Origin: an uncultured Gammaproteobacteria bacterium | GTDB lineage: Bacteria > Pseudomonadota > Gammaproteobacteria > JACCXJ01 | Length of the DNA stretch: 64,000 bases | NCBI GenBank assembly: GCA_963764725.1 | Contig: CAVXTM010000011.1 | Location: 256,001-320,000, forward strand | Direction: 5' to 3' | Shown: positions 27,999-38,713 of the stretch, one piece after another | How positions within the stretch are numbered: the stretch's first letter is position 1 | Layout: each line of letters starts with the position of its first letter | Position numbers and translations under genes: made by a program | Notes under the pieces: generated by a model | Seen by the model: only the letters and a program-made list of their open reading frames with translations | What the model was told of the DNA's origin: nothing | Databases searched by the model: none

Positions 27999-28874
27999 CT
28001 ACCTCTTCAAGCACGCGGCCAGCGCCGAGCCAATTTCGGCCGGGGAGCGTACGGTCACCACCCCGGCGGCTTTCAGGGACCGGTATTTCGCTTCCGCCGT
28101 ACCTCCCCCGCGCGAGATGATAGCACCCGCGTGCCCCATGCGTTTGCCGGGCGGCGCGGTGACGCCAGCGACGTAAGCGACGACCGGTTTGGTGACATGC
28201 GCCTGGATATATTCCGCCGCCTCTTCTTCTTCCGTGCCTCCGATCTCGCCGACCAAAATGATGCCCCGAGTCTCCGGATCTTGTTCAAATAACTGCAAAC
28301 ACTCGACGAAATCCATCCCATGAATCGGGTCGCCGCCATTCCCTATACAGGTGCTTTGTCCTAGGCCGAGTTGCGTGGTCTGATGCACGGCCTCGTAGTT
28401 CAGGGTTCCGGAGCGGGACATGATGCCCGCGCATCCCGGCCGGTGAATGCTCGCCGGCATGATACCAATCTTGCACTGCCCGGGGGTGATGATGCCGGGA
28501 GAGTTGGGGCCGATGAGCTGCGTTTTGGGATATTGGCGCAGGCTCGCCCGGACCTTGAGCATGTCAAGGACGGGGATCCCTTCCGTGATACAGACGATGA
28601 GCCGGATCCCGGCATCGGCCGCTTCCGCGATCGCCTCCGCGGCATAAGGCCCCGGCACGAAGATCATGCTCGCCTCGGCCCCGGTCTCGTGCACGGCTTC
28701 GTAGACGGTGTCAAACACCGGCAAGCCGAGATGAGTCTCCCCGCCGCGCCCAGGCGTGACCCCCCCCACGATCCGGGTGCCGTACTCGAGCGCCTGTTGT
28801 GAATGGAACGCACCCTGCCGGCCGGTAATTCCTTGGCAGATCACCCTGGTATTCTTGTCAACGAGTATTGCCAT
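27999..28874 (-). CDS. sucD: Succinyl-CoA synthetase alpha subunit
   Basis: [24 protein letters not shown]. Confidence 0.97.
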   Translation of the reverse strand: MAILVDKNTRVICQGITGRQGAFHSQQALEYGTRIVGGVTPGRGGETHLGLPVFDTVYEAVHETGAEASMIFVPGPYAAEAIAEAADAGIRLIVCITEGIPVLDMLKVRASLRQYPKTQLIGPNSPGIITPGQCKIGIMPASIHRPGCAGIMSRSGTLNYEAVHQTTQLGLGQSTCIGNGGDPIHGMDFVECLQLFEQDPETRGIILVGEIGGTEEEEAAEYIQAHVTKPVVAYVAGVTAPPGKRMGHAGAIISRGGGTAEAKYRSLKAAGVVTVRSPAEIGSALAACLKR

Positions 28875-30037
28875 TAGGCTCCCCCTACGGCAGCCGCCGC
28901 CTTGCGAGCGGCATCGCCCAGGTCCTCGGCGGCAGTGATTGAAAACGCTGTCTCGGCCAGAATTTTCCGGCCCCGCTCCGCATTGGTCCCTTCGATCCGC
29001 ACGACCACGGGCACATTGACGCCGACTTCCTTGACGGCTTGGATGATTCCCTCGGCGATGAGATCGCAGCGCACGATGCCGCCGAAAATATTGACCAGGA
29101 TGGCTTTGACCTTGGTGTCGGACACCAAGAGCTTGAACGCTTCGGCCACCTTGTCCGCGGTCGTATTGCCCCCGACATCGAGGAAATTGGCCGGCTGGCC
29201 GCCGTGCAGCTTGATGACATCCATGGTCGCCATCGCCAATCCCGCTCCGTTCACCATGCAACCGATGTTGCCGTCGAGGCTCACATAGTTCAGATCGTAA
29301 CGCCGGGCGACATTCTCCTTCGCGTCCTCTTGGGTTGGATCGCGCCATTCGGCAAGCGCCGCTTGGCGGTACAAGGCGTTATCGTCGATCGATATCTTGG
29401 CATCCAGGGCTTGGAGCTCGCCCGCATCGGTAATGATCAAGGGGTTGATCTCGATGAGGCTCAGGTCCTTCTCAAGGAAGAGCCGGAACATGGCCGGTAG
29501 AATCGCGGACAGTTGCTTGTTCTGAGTCGCATCGAGCCCCAATGCTTGAGAGATGCGGCGGCTCTGGAATGATTGCAACCCAAGGATTGGATCGATGGTG
29601 AGGCTCAGGATCTTCTCCGGCTCCGTAGCGGCCACCTCTTCGATGTCCATACCGCCGGCCCGCGAGGTGATGATGGCGAGGCGTTTGGTCCTGCGATCAA
29701 CCACCATCGCGAGATAAATCTCAGCCACGAAATTCGATGCGCGCTGCACCAGAACGCAATTGACGGGTTGTCCGGTCGGCGCCGATTGCTTGGTAATCAA
29801 CTGCATACCCAGCATGTCGCGCACGATGCTTTCGACCTTTTCGATGCTGTCGGCGAACTTTACCCCCCCGGCTTTGCCGCGTCCGCCGGCATGAACTTGA
29901 GCTTTGATGACCCAGGGTCCGTGCAATTCCGCCGCATGGCGCAAGGCTTCCTTGATCGAGTGCGCGGGCTTGCCGGGGGGCACCGCGATCCCATATTCCT
30001 CAAACAGTTTCTTGGCTTGATATTCGTGAAGATTCAT
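28874..30037 (-). CDS. sucC: Succinyl-CoA synthetase beta subunit
   Basis: [26 protein letters not shown]. Confidence 0.97.
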   Translation of the reverse strand: MNLHEYQAKKLFEEYGIAVPPGKPAHSIKEALRHAAELHGPWVIKAQVHAGGRGKAGGVKFADSIEKVESIVRDMLGMQLITKQSAPTGQPVNCVLVQRASNFVAEIYLAMVVDRRTKRLAIITSRAGGMDIEEVAATEPEKILSLTIDPILGLQSFQSRRISQALGLDATQNKQLSAILPAMFRLFLEKDLSLIEINPLIITDAGELQALDAKISIDDNALYRQAALAEWRDPTQEDAKENVARRYDLNYVSLDGNIGCMVNGAGLAMATMDVIKLHGGQPANFLDVGGNTTADKVAEAFKLLVSDTKVKAILVNIFGGIVRCDLIAEGIIQAVKEVGVNVPVVVRIEGTNAERGRKILAETAFSITAAEDLGDAARKAAAAVGGA

Positions 30038-30133
30038 CGCACTTTGGCCGCTAACAACCGACGGAGTGAATTCTAACAACAACTAACGCCGATAATACAT
30101 GGGAAGTTTTTCTCGCGAGCCGTTTTTCCAACG

Positions 30134-31789
30134 TTGAGCAATATAACGGTCACAGAGCGTCTGCAACCCGATCGTCATGCCTTTCGGCAAGCCATCGGCG
30201 TGCCTAACGATCGGCCATCACCGGCCTGGACCGCCCTCCGCTACTTCGGCCTCTACCGCTTGATCCTATCCGGGTTCTTTACGGTGATCGTCTGGACACG
30301 GCAGTTACCATCGCCACTCGGCGAGCACGATCCCGGCGTTTTCGCCACTGCGGTTTGCGCATATCTGCTGTTGGCGATCTTGGCTCAAGTCGGCGTGGAG
30401 ATTAGGCCGCACCGTTTCGGCGCACACGTGTTGGGCCAGGTCTTGACGGACACCGTGATGCTCACCGCCATGATGTATGCGAGCGGCGGGGTGACGAGCG
30501 GCATGGGGATGTTGCTTCTCGTCAGCATCGCGCTTGGGAGCATGCTGACCGAGGGCCGCACCGCTTTCTTGTTCGCGGGCGCCGCTTCGATCGCGGTGTT
30601 GTGCGAGGAAGCCTATTTTTGGTTATACGGTAACGCGCTCACGGCGAACTACACCCAGGCCGGCTTTCTCGGTTCGACGTTTTTTGCGACCGCTCTGTTA
30701 GGCCACGCGCTCGCCGAGCGGCTCCGCGCCAGCGAAGACCTGGCAGCGCGGCGCGGGGCCGATGTCGCACATCTCGAACGCCTCAACGAGCAGATCGTAC
30801 AGCGCCTGCGCTCGGGGATCGTGGTTCTCGATGCCATGGGCCGAGTGCGCTTGGTCAACCAGTCGGCACAGGTGCTACTCGGGCTCGCACAGCCCGTTTC
30901 GTCCCAGCCCTTGGCCATGCTCGCCTGGGATCTGGCGCAGCAGCTCGATAGTTGGCCGACTCATGCGCCTCCTTCACAAATCCTGCGTACGCCATCGCGC
31001 GGTACCGATCTCCTCGTATCGCGAGCGGAGCTAGGATCCGGGCCCGCGGCGGCAACCTTGGTATTCATCGAAGACGCCGCGGCGATGCGGCAACGCGCAC
31101 AGCGGCTCAAGCTCGCCTCGCTCGGGAGGCTGACCGCGAGTATTGCCCATGAGATCCGGAATCCCCTCGGGGCGATCAGCCATGCCGCGCAATTGCTCTC
31201 GGAGTCAACCGGGCACACCGAGGAAGACCGCTACGTCACGCGCATCATCAAAGGCCATTCCGAGCGGGTGAATCGCATCATAGAAAACGTACTGACCATC
31301 GGCCGCCGGGACCGCTCCGCGCCGGAGGTCTTTGCGATTAAGCCCTGGTTGGACGGGTTCGTGAGCGAGTTTTCCGCGCGCATGCAAATCTCGAGTGAGC
31401 GCGTGCTCGTCCATACGCAGCCGGAGGACATCGAGATCGTCATGGATCGCAGTCAACTTCACCAAGTCCTTTGGAACCTCTGCGAGAACGGCTTGCGTTA
31501 CAGCCAGGGTACGCCCGCGCTGGAATTGAGGTGCGGTATAAAAGCTACAGCCGAGACGCCCTTTCTCGATGTCATCGACCACGGAACGGGGATCCCCGGG
31601 GATATCGTGGATTCGATCTTCGAGCCCTTCGTGAGCAAGAACTCCCCCGGAAGCGGGCTTGGCCTCTACCTGGCGAGCGAGTTATGCGAGTGCAACCAAG
31701 CCTCGTTGAGCCTGCATGAGAATAGCGCCAAGGGCTGTTGCTTCCGGATCAGCTTTGCGCACCCTCAACGCCAACAGTGGATCGCCTAA
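30134..31789 (+). CDS. pilS: Type IV pilus sensor kinase PilS
   Basis: Six TM segments, PAS, LASLGRLTASIAHEIRNPL; upstream of pilR. Confidence 0.92.
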   Translation: MSNITVTERLQPDRHAFRQAIGVPNDRPSPAWTALRYFGLYRLILSGFFTVIVWTRQLPSPLGEHDPGVFATAVCAYLLLAILAQVGVEIRPHRFGAHVLGQVLTDTVMLTAMMYASGGVTSGMGMLLLVSIALGSMLTEGRTAFLFAGAASIAVLCEEAYFWLYGNALTANYTQAGFLGSTFFATALLGHALAERLRASEDLAARRGADVAHLERLNEQIVQRLRSGIVVLDAMGRVRLVNQSAQVLLGLAQPVSSQPLAMLAWDLAQQLDSWPTHAPPSQILRTPSRGTDLLVSRAELGSGPAAATLVFIEDAAAMRQRAQRLKLASLGRLTASIAHEIRNPLGAISHAAQLLSESTGHTEEDRYVTRIIKGHSERVNRIIENVLTIGRRDRSAPEVFAIKPWLDGFVSEFSARMQISSERVLVHTQPEDIEIVMDRSQLHQVLWNLCENGLRYSQGTPALELRCGIKATAETPFLDVIDHGTGIPGDIVDSIFEPFVSKNSPGSGLGLYLASELCECNQASLSLHENSAKGCCFRISFAHPQRQQWIA

Positions 31790-33094
31790 GTGGCTAGGCC
31801 GCTGACCCTCATCGTAGATGACGAACCGGACATTCGCGAGCTCCTGAACATCACGCTCAAGCGCATGGACATCGCCTGCCGGAGCGCCGTCAATCTCGGC
31901 GAGGCTCGCGAGATGCTGAAGCAGCAGACCTTCGACCTTTGCCTCACGGACATGCATTTACCCGATGGCGATGGGATCGATCTAGTCTCTTACATGCAAC
32001 GCGTGTGTCCAAGAACGCCCGTAGCAGTCATCACCGCCCATGGCAGCATGGAAACCGCCATTCAGGCATTGAAATCCGGCGCCTTCGACTTCGTCACCAA
32101 ACCCGTTGATCTGCCCGTGCTCCGCAACTTGGTCACGACCGCGCTCAAGCTCTCCGATGGGCGCCCGGAACCCGAGACGCAATTGATCGGCGAGTCGGAG
32201 GCTATGCAAAGGACCCGCGCGACCATCGCGAAAGTGGCGCGCAGTCAAGCACCGGTTTATATCAGCGGCGAGTCGGGCACCGGCAAGGAGCTCGTGGCAC
32301 GCATGATTCACGAACAAGGCGCGCGTTCGGGGCGCCCGTACATCCCGGTCAACTGCGGCGCGATCCCAAGCGATCTGCTCGAAAGCGAGTTCTTCGGGCA
32401 TTTGAAAGGTAGCTTCACGGGGGCGGTCGCGAACAAACCGGGACTCTTTCAAGCCGCGCAGGGCGGAACCTTGTTCTTGGACGAGGCCGCTGAGCTGCCG
32501 CTGCACATGCAGGTAAAGCTGCTGCGCGCGATTCAGGAGAAATCCATCCGGCCCGTCGGGGCCCAGCAAGAGCTTGCCGTCGATGCAAGGATCCTGAGCG
32601 CCACGCACAAGGATCTCGCCGCTCTGGTCAGGGAGGGGCGTTTCCGCCAAGACCTCTATTACCGCATCAATGTGATCCAATTGTGTGTACCGCCATTACG
32701 GGAACGGGGCGGAGACATTCCCGAGCTCGTCGCGTTTATCTTGAACCGGCTAACCGGGGCGAACGGACCCATCCCGCGGATCGCCGAGGAGGCGATGCAA
32801 GCACTCGCGGATTATCCCTTCCCGGGCAATGTCAGAGAGCTCGAAAACATCCTCGAACGCGCCCTGACACTATGCGAAGGCGATCGGATCGAAGCGCGTG
32901 ATCTCGACCTTCCTATACATGCTAATGAACCCGCCGGCCAGGTCGGGATCGAGGGTTATCTTAGCGAGATCGAACGGCAACAGATCCTCGCCGCGCTCGA
33001 GCAAGCGCGCTGGAACAAGACGGCGGCGGCCAAACTGCTTGGAATAAGTTTCCGAGCGCTGCGCTACCGGCTGGAGAAATTGGGTTTGGACTAA
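31790..33094 (+). CDS. pilR: Sigma-54 dependent response regulator PilR
   Basis: Receiver, GESGTGKE, GSFTGA, ISFRALRYRL. Confidence 0.94.
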   Translation: MARPLTLIVDDEPDIRELLNITLKRMDIACRSAVNLGEAREMLKQQTFDLCLTDMHLPDGDGIDLVSYMQRVCPRTPVAVITAHGSMETAIQALKSGAFDFVTKPVDLPVLRNLVTTALKLSDGRPEPETQLIGESEAMQRTRATIAKVARSQAPVYISGESGTGKELVARMIHEQGARSGRPYIPVNCGAIPSDLLESEFFGHLKGSFTGAVANKPGLFQAAQGGTLFLDEAAELPLHMQVKLLRAIQEKSIRPVGAQQELAVDARILSATHKDLAALVREGRFRQDLYYRINVIQLCVPPLRERGGDIPELVAFILNRLTGANGPIPRIAEEAMQALADYPFPGNVRELENILERALTLCEGDRIEARDLDLPIHANEPAGQVGIEGYLSEIERQQILAALEQARWNKTAAAKLLGISFRALRYRLEKLGLD

Positions 33095-33171
33095 CCCGCG
33101 AAGTCCGGAACCGCTAAAACGATTAGACCGGCACTATCCTAAGGAACGTTAAAAGTTATACCATTTGTGTC

Positions 33172-33406
33172 GTGAGCCACACGGTGTTTCGAGAAGCCTG
33201 GTTTCGTTTCTATTTCTTTTCGCGTGAAGAACCTCGGATGCACGTTCATGTCCAGGAACAAAACGGGGAGGAGAAATTTTGGTTGGAACCGCAGATTAAG
33301 CTCGCGCAGAACTTCGGACTTCAGTCAAAAGACATTACCGACGCATTGCCCTGATTACGGAGCACGAAATATCCGCACAGCTTGGAACAGACATTTCGGA
33401 AGTTGA
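33172..33406 (+). pseudogene. DUF4160 family gene, frameshifted
   Basis: FRFYFFSREEPRMHVHV..KFWLEP; C-terminus IRTAWNRHFGS in another frame. Confidence 0.8.
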
Positions 33407-33642
33407 GGTCACGAACGTTTCGAAGCATGGTTTTTGGTTACTTATTTACGATCAGGAAGTCTTTGTCCCCTTTGACCAGTTTCCGTGGTTTAAAGAGGCC
33501 TCGATTGGTAAGTTGCTGCACGTAGAGCTACCCTCACCTTTATTGGCTAGATTTGGATATAGACCTTGCAGTGGAGTCGCTTTCTCATCCAGAACGATTT
33601 CCGTTGGTCAGCCGTATTGCTAACCTGGAACGCCCGGATTGA
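33381..33642 (+). pseudogene. DUF2442 family gene, no start codon and frameshifted
   Basis: EVEVTNVSKHGFWLL..FDQFPWFKEASI, then YWLDLDIDLAVESLSHPERFPL in a shifted frame. Confidence 0.75.
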
Positions 33643-33816
33643 CATGCCGGCGGTAGCCAGGGCGGTAGTTATCATCGCGCCAGGGAGGGGACGGACCGAG
33701 GACCAATGCGTCGCGTCAAAAATGGACGAAATTGGTCATGTCCGGGGGGCTGCCTTTGGAGATAAGTCCATGACCCGCGTCGCGCAAACCGGCGTCGCAT
33801 CGCCCTTCGCGGCACC

Positions 33817-33832
33817 TGGCATACCTGCTGCA
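33817..33832 (+). promoter_or_regulatory. Sigma-54 promoter of pilA
   Basis: TGGCATACCTGCTGCA (GG-N10-GC); possible PilR sites GTCAAAAATGGACGAAATTGGTCA ~90 bp upstream. Confidence 0.8.
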
Positions 33833-33961
33833 CTATTGCGCTTAGCCACCGGAGATAACCGCGGTCGGCAAGGAAGAGGCCCGGTCGTTCAGTTAACGTG
33901 AATGCGCCATCTTTTCAGGGTCATTGAGCCATCCATTTTTAAGTAATTAGGAGATTTTCCA

Positions 33962-34510
33962 ATGAAGAAGTTTCAACAAGGTTTTACGTTGATTGAGTTG
34001 ATGATCGTGGTCGCGATCATCGGCATCTTGGCCGCGATTGCGATCCCGGCGTATCAGGACTATACGGTCCGTACGAAGGTCACCGAAGGGCTGAACCTTG
34101 CTTCGGCCGCGAAAATAGCCGTATCCGAAACCTGGGAGTCTAATGGTAGCCTCGTTGCCTTGACGAGTGGTCTTGCTCCGTGCGCAGCCACCATCAGTTA
34201 TTGCTTTTCCCCGACGAAGTTTGTCGCCGGTATAGCACTTAACGCCGGTGCAGCTGCTAGCAACGGTGAGATCACCGTTACCTATGATGTGACACCTAAT
34301 GGGATCCCGCAGCTTAATGTGCCTGCGGGTTCGAACGTGATGGTTTTGGTGCCAACCATTAACGCGGGAGGCGGCGCTGCCGTCCTCACTGCCGGTCTCG
34401 CTGGAGCCATTGACTGGCACTGCAAATCTGCCGCATCCACGTTTGGCTTGGGGACTGCGGGTACTGTCGAAGGCAAGTATGCGCCTGCCCAGTGTCGCGG
34501 TGCTGTGTAA
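33962..34510 (+). CDS. pilA: Type IVa major pilin
   Basis: QQG|[27 protein letters not shown]; C-terminal Cys pair. Confidence 0.97.
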   Translation: MKKFQQGFTLIELMIVVAIIGILAAIAIPAYQDYTVRTKVTEGLNLASAAKIAVSETWESNGSLVALTSGLAPCAATISYCFSPTKFVAGIALNAGAAASNGEITVTYDVTPNGIPQLNVPAGSNVMVLVPTINAGGGAAVLTAGLAGAIDWHCKSAASTFGLGTAGTVEGKYAPAQCRGAV

Positions 34511-34543
34511 CGCAAGCTTCATTTGACGCTTGGCCACAAGCAG

Positions 34544-34570
34544 AAGCCCCTCCCCGGAGGGGCTTTTTTT
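34544..34570 (+). terminator. Rho-independent terminator of pilA
   Basis: AAGCCCCTCC-CC-GGAGGGGCTT followed by a T run. Confidence 0.9.
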
Positions 34571-34590
34571 GTCCGTGTTATACTGCCGTC

Positions 34591-34842
34591 ATGACCAGCG
34601 TGACCTTTGATACACTCAAGTTCGTTGAAAAGCTAAAAGCCTCCGGTATGCCGGATGCGGAAGCCAAGGCGATCGCCGAAGCCTTACGTGATGCGCAGAG
34701 TGACGCCGAGTTAGTCACCAAAAAAGATTTGCAGATTGAGCTTGCGCCGCTTAAAAGCGACTTGTTACTGTTGAAATGGATGATGGGGTTGGTATTAGGC
34801 GGGGTTCTGGCGCTGATTTTACGGTCGTTTTTTCCAGGTTGA
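34591..34842 (+). CDS. DUF1640 (CCDC90-like) protein, copy 1
   Basis: TFDTLKFVEKLKASG..AKAIAEA..LVTKKDL..KWM plus TM helix. Confidence 0.88.
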   Translation: MTSVTFDTLKFVEKLKASGMPDAEAKAIAEALRDAQSDAELVTKKDLQIELAPLKSDLLLLKWMMGLVLGGVLALILRSFFPG

Positions 34843-34952
34843 TCCCCACCCAGGCTTCGATAACTCCTTAACGCCGATATTAAGCGCACGTGTTTGCGGC
34901 CGCCGCACCGCGGCGTTATGCTAATTGAAGTCTAGCTAACGCATCCAGCTCC

Positions 34953-35531
34953 ATGTCTAGCATTGCTCAAGCCTTATACCAGCGATACCGCCTGACGGTT
35001 GACGATTACCGCCGCATGAGCGAGGTGGGCATATTTCACGAGGACGATCGGGTGGAGCTTATCGATGGAGAAATCATAAAAATGGCGCCAATCGGTAGTC
35101 TGCACGCGGGAACGGTGGACCAGTTAACCCGCCTTTTTATCCTGACCTTCGGGCAAGACGCCATCATTCGCGTCCAAAGCCCGATTGTCCTGGACGATTA
35201 CTCAGAGCCCGAACCGGACCTTGCGCTGCTCACGCCGCGCGAGGATTTCTATAAATCCTCGCACCCCACCGCACGCGATCTCTTGCTCGTGGTCGAAATA
35301 GCTGATTCGTCGCTTGCCTATGATCGCGAGGTCAAGCTCCCCCTGTATGCGCGTTCCCACATACCGGAAGTCTGGATCGTGGACCTGGAGAACCGCTGCG
35401 TGCGGTTGTTTCAGGAGCCCGCCGAGAAAGGCTTTGCGCGCACGCGAACCCTCGCGCACCCCTACCTGCTGACGCCCTTGCGCTTGCAGGCGTGTGAAAT
35501 CGATCTAAGCGTCTTGTTCACGCGAGCTTAG
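34953..35531 (+). CDS. Uma2 family PD-(D/E)xK endonuclease-like protein
   Basis: RVELIDGEI, EPEPDL, VEIADSSLAYDREVKLPLYA. Confidence 0.92.
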   Translation: MSSIAQALYQRYRLTVDDYRRMSEVGIFHEDDRVELIDGEIIKMAPIGSLHAGTVDQLTRLFILTFGQDAIIRVQSPIVLDDYSEPEPDLALLTPREDFYKSSHPTARDLLLVVEIADSSLAYDREVKLPLYARSHIPEVWIVDLENRCVRLFQEPAEKGFARTRTLAHPYLLTPLRLQACEIDLSVLFTRA

Positions 35532-35768
35532 CACGTACCAAGCGCAATTCTGGATCCCCGCGCCGCTCCTTTGATCCCGGCACGATCAATGGACCTCATC
35601 TTGCTTAATCCAAGCCAGGGCTTGGATTCGCCTATCCAAGCTACCGACGCTGGCTTTTTTTGAGGTGGCCAGGTCATAAAACTGGCGTGTTTCGAGATTC
35701 ATTAGCGAGGAAGACTCTGGATGGAACAATCGATTTCGACGTCCTGCGAGGAGACTCACGGCCAAGCC

Positions 35769-36533
35769 ATGAGCGCAAAAACAATGACGCGCTGGAAAGC
35801 CTCGGCCATCCATCTCTCCATCTGCGCCATCATCGCGCTCGCGGTGCTTGCCTGGATGCTATTCGTCTGGTATCCGGCGCCTTATTTCGAGGGTCTGGGC
35901 GCCGGAAAGCTTTCCATGACCATCATCGGGGTGGATGTGGTGATCGGCCCGCTCATCACGCTCATCATTTACAACCCGCTCAAGAAGAGCCTGCGGTTTG
36001 ACCTGGCCGTCGTGGCGCTCCTGCAATTGAGCGCCCTAGTTTATGGCGTATACGTGGTCTATGAAGCCCGCCCTGTCTACGTCGTATTTAATGTAGACCG
36101 GTTCGACGTGGTGGCGGCGAACGAGATCGACCCGCAAGAGCGCAAGAAAGTAACGCGCCCCGAATATCAATCCTTGCCGCTCACGGGACCCAAAATCGTC
36201 GCTGCGGTGCTGCCCTCCGATCGCGAAGAGCGACACCGGATCCTGTTCACTGCCGTGGGTGGGGGTTACGATTTGCCGAACTTCCCGCAACACTATGTGC
36301 CCTATGAAGAGCAGATGTCACAGGCAATCGCACGTTCCAGACCCTTGGACGAGCTCCAGCGACAGCGCGCGGAAGCTGAACCGCAACTCGCGGCCTTGAA
36401 GCAAAAGTTCGCCGGGCGCGCGAAAGACCTCGGTTTCCTTCCCGTGCGCGCCCGCAAACAAGATCTCACCGCCATCATCGATCGTAAGACCGGCGAGGTG
36501 CTCAATGTGTTGGCCATCGACCCGTGGGTGTGA
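35769..36533 (+). CDS. TfpX/TfpZ (FimB-like) pilin accessory protein
   Basis: HLSIC..WYPAPYF..GVDVVIGPLITL..DLAVVALLQLSAL..RPVYVVFNVDRF. Confidence 0.85.
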   Translation: MSAKTMTRWKASAIHLSICAIIALAVLAWMLFVWYPAPYFEGLGAGKLSMTIIGVDVVIGPLITLIIYNPLKKSLRFDLAVVALLQLSALVYGVYVVYEARPVYVVFNVDRFDVVAANEIDPQERKKVTRPEYQSLPLTGPKIVAAVLPSDREERHRILFTAVGGGYDLPNFPQHYVPYEEQMSQAIARSRPLDELQRQRAEAEPQLAALKQKFAGRAKDLGFLPVRARKQDLTAIIDRKTGEVLNVLAIDPWV

Positions 36534-36614
36534 TCCTGCGTAGGGTACCTCCCGAGCACCAAAATCCAAAAGCCGGCCCCGCGAGGTGCTCGGTGCGCGT
36601 GCTACACTGCAGCT

Positions 36615-36857
36615 ATGGCAACCGTCACCTTTGATACCCTCAAGTTCGTCGAAAGGCTCAAGGCCGCTGGCGTCCCCGAGGCCCAGGCCAAGGCAATGGC
36701 GGAAGCGCAACAAGAGGCGCTTTCGGAATCAGTCGCCACGCAGTTTGCGACCAAGGCGGATCTCGCCGAGCTCAAGTTGGACGTGATCAAATGGATGGTG
36801 GGGCTTGCCCTCGCGCAGATATCCTTGTTGGTCGGAATATTGGTCAGGCTACTGTGA
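36615..36857 (+). CDS. DUF1640 (CCDC90-like) protein, copy 2
   Basis: TFDTLKFVERLKAAGVPEAQAKA..ATKADL..IKWM. Confidence 0.88.
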   Translation: MATVTFDTLKFVERLKAAGVPEAQAKAMAEAQQEALSESVATQFATKADLAELKLDVIKWMVGLALAQISLLVGILVRLL

Positions 36858-36915
36858 CTTCACGTCGTAAGCGCGGGACAGTCTAGCCCGAATCGTTCGA
36901 GCAGGCTTAGCCAGC

Positions 36916-36946
36916 GTAGTCCGGATAAAGCGAAGCACGATCCGGG
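36916..36946. repeat. GTAG-family REP-like palindrome
   Basis: GTAGTCCGGAT-AAAGCGAAGCACG-ATCCGGG. Confidence 0.5.
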
Positions 36947-37049
36947 AACAACGTCGACCGCTCCCCGGACGGCTTTCTATCTGGTCCGAGCATAACGCGC
37001 CCTGTGCGTACGGCGGCCGCTGCCCCTGCACTCAGTCTCGCCGGATTAC

Positions 37050-37430
37050 TCATTTCGCGAGTGAACCCGGGATGTTCGGACTCTCGGGGTTAACGTCGAT
37101 GGTCTGGCGGTTCGGCACCAATACCAGATCCATATCTTCCATCGGAATCGCTCCGAGCAACGGTTCATCGCCTATCACCATCGCCCCGGTGAAGCAGCGC
37201 CGGTTCTTGAACCTGACCTCGATGGGACCGACGTAAGGCACGGCAACCCTATGACCATTCGTCAGCGTCACCTCCCGCTTTTCAAGCTCGCCCAGGTCAA
37301 GTTGAATGGCCAGACGCTCGGGAATACAGAGATGAACGGCGCCGGTATCGACGAGTGCCTTGACACTGACCGGCTCTAAGCCCTCCCTGGCCGGATTCCT
37401 GAGCGTAAGCTCAGTTCGGATGATGCCCAT
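37050..37430 (-). CDS. Clan AA aspartic protease (retropepsin-like)
   Basis: ALVDTGA catalytic motif, LLGAIPMEDMDL. Confidence 0.88.
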   Translation of the reverse strand: MGIIRTELTLRNPAREGLEPVSVKALVDTGAVHLCIPERLAIQLDLGELEKREVTLTNGHRVAVPYVGPIEVRFKNRRCFTGAMVIGDEPLLGAIPMEDMDLVLVPNRQTIDVNPESPNIPGSLAK

Positions 37431-37814
37431 GCTGTTTTCCGTTAATCGCGAGGCCGTATATATAGTGAGACTAGAGTGTGTGTTCTGCGCAGGCAACGGG
37501 TGGTCATGATAGCAGTTTCGCGTTGGAAGGACGGGCAGGCGCGAAGGAGGTGGTCCATCCTTGGACCTCATCCGCATCCGTGCGCCGCATGCAGGCTTCC
37601 GGCAATTTCGTTCCGGGGCCACCTTGCAATGCGGTAATTTTATCGGACCGTGGATGGCGTATCTTTAACGCCCTGGCCCATCCCGGGACGGTTATGACAC
37701 TAACTGTGAACGCTGTTTCACCCCGGGTGCCGACGCGTTGACCGGGGCGCATCCGGCGTGGTAGGGCCGCAGCTTCGTCCGTGGCAGCCGGGTGGCCGCC
37801 GCGGGTAGTAAATG

Positions 37815-38621
37815 TCAAACGGCGGGAAAATCCGGGTTGGGCTTGATGAAGGGTTCGAGGGTCTTGAGGATTTCCTTGTGTACTTTAGGCCCGCCGGTGA
37901 CGACGTTTCCGGAGCGGAGATAGCCGGGCCCTCCTTCCAGATCGCTAACGATACCGCCGGCTTCGAGGATCAAGAGCGCACCCGCGGCGATGTCCCATTG
38001 TTTCAATCCGAATTCCCAGAAGCCATCCAAGCGCCCGCAAGCCACGTAGGCGAGGTCCAGCGCCGCCGATCCGGCCCGGCGTATTCCAGAGGTCACTTCG
38101 ATCAGCGTTTTGAGCATCGCGAGGTAGCGGTCGAGGTGCTGCAATTCCCGGAACGGGAACCCGGTGCCCAACAAGGCCCCCGGCAAGTTAGGGTGTTGAG
38201 TGACGCGGATGCGGCGATCGTTCAGGAGCGCCCCCTCCCCGCGGCTCGCCGTGAACAACTCCTGCCGCAGCGGGTCGTAAACCACGGCCTGGTCCAGCCG
38301 CCCCCTATGCCTCAAGGCGATGGACACGGCGAATTGCGGAAACCCGTGTATGAAGTTGGTCGTGCCATCCAAGGGATCGACGACCCATTGGTACTCGTCG
38401 CTCCCGTGAGTGCCGCTCTCCTCGGCCAAGATGGCATGGTTTGGATAAGCCTTGAGGAGGATCTTGATGATCGCACCCTCGGCCAGTCGATCAACCTCCG
38501 TAACAAAGTCGTTCTGTTGTTTGGTATCGATACTCAAGCCTTGAACGCGGTCGAGGTGCCTAACGATAATATCACCCCCCCTGCGCGCGGCGCGAATTGC
38601 GATATTGAGCATGGGGTGCAT
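37815..38621 (-). CDS. suhB: Inositol monophosphatase SuhB
   Basis: DPLDGTTNF, GSAALDL, WDIAAG. Confidence 0.96.
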   Translation of the reverse strand: MHPMLNIAIRAARRGGDIIVRHLDRVQGLSIDTKQQNDFVTEVDRLAEGAIIKILLKAYPNHAILAEESGTHGSDEYQWVVDPLDGTTNFIHGFPQFAVSIALRHRGRLDQAVVYDPLRQELFTASRGEGALLNDRRIRVTQHPNLPGALLGTGFPFRELQHLDRYLAMLKTLIEVTSGIRRAGSAALDLAYVACGRLDGFWEFGLKQWDIAAGALLILEAGGIVSDLEGGPGYLRSGNVVTGGPKVHKEILKTLEPFIKPNPDFPAV

Positions 38622-38713
38622 CGGTGGCTTGCCTCGGGGGTTGCGTAGTTACGGATCGAGCGCGAAATTCTATCCAACAATGAGCGTTTAAGCGAAACAG
38701 GCTTGAATCCCGG

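Noticed and set aside
28875-29348. Apparent 449-aa SucD with a long N-terminal extension
   Set aside because: The extension overlaps sucC out of frame; the real start is the TAATG junction at 28874.
37480-37810. 330-bp intergenic region as an ncRNA or riboswitch
   Set aside because: No recognisable motif or convincing long-range pairing seen by eye.
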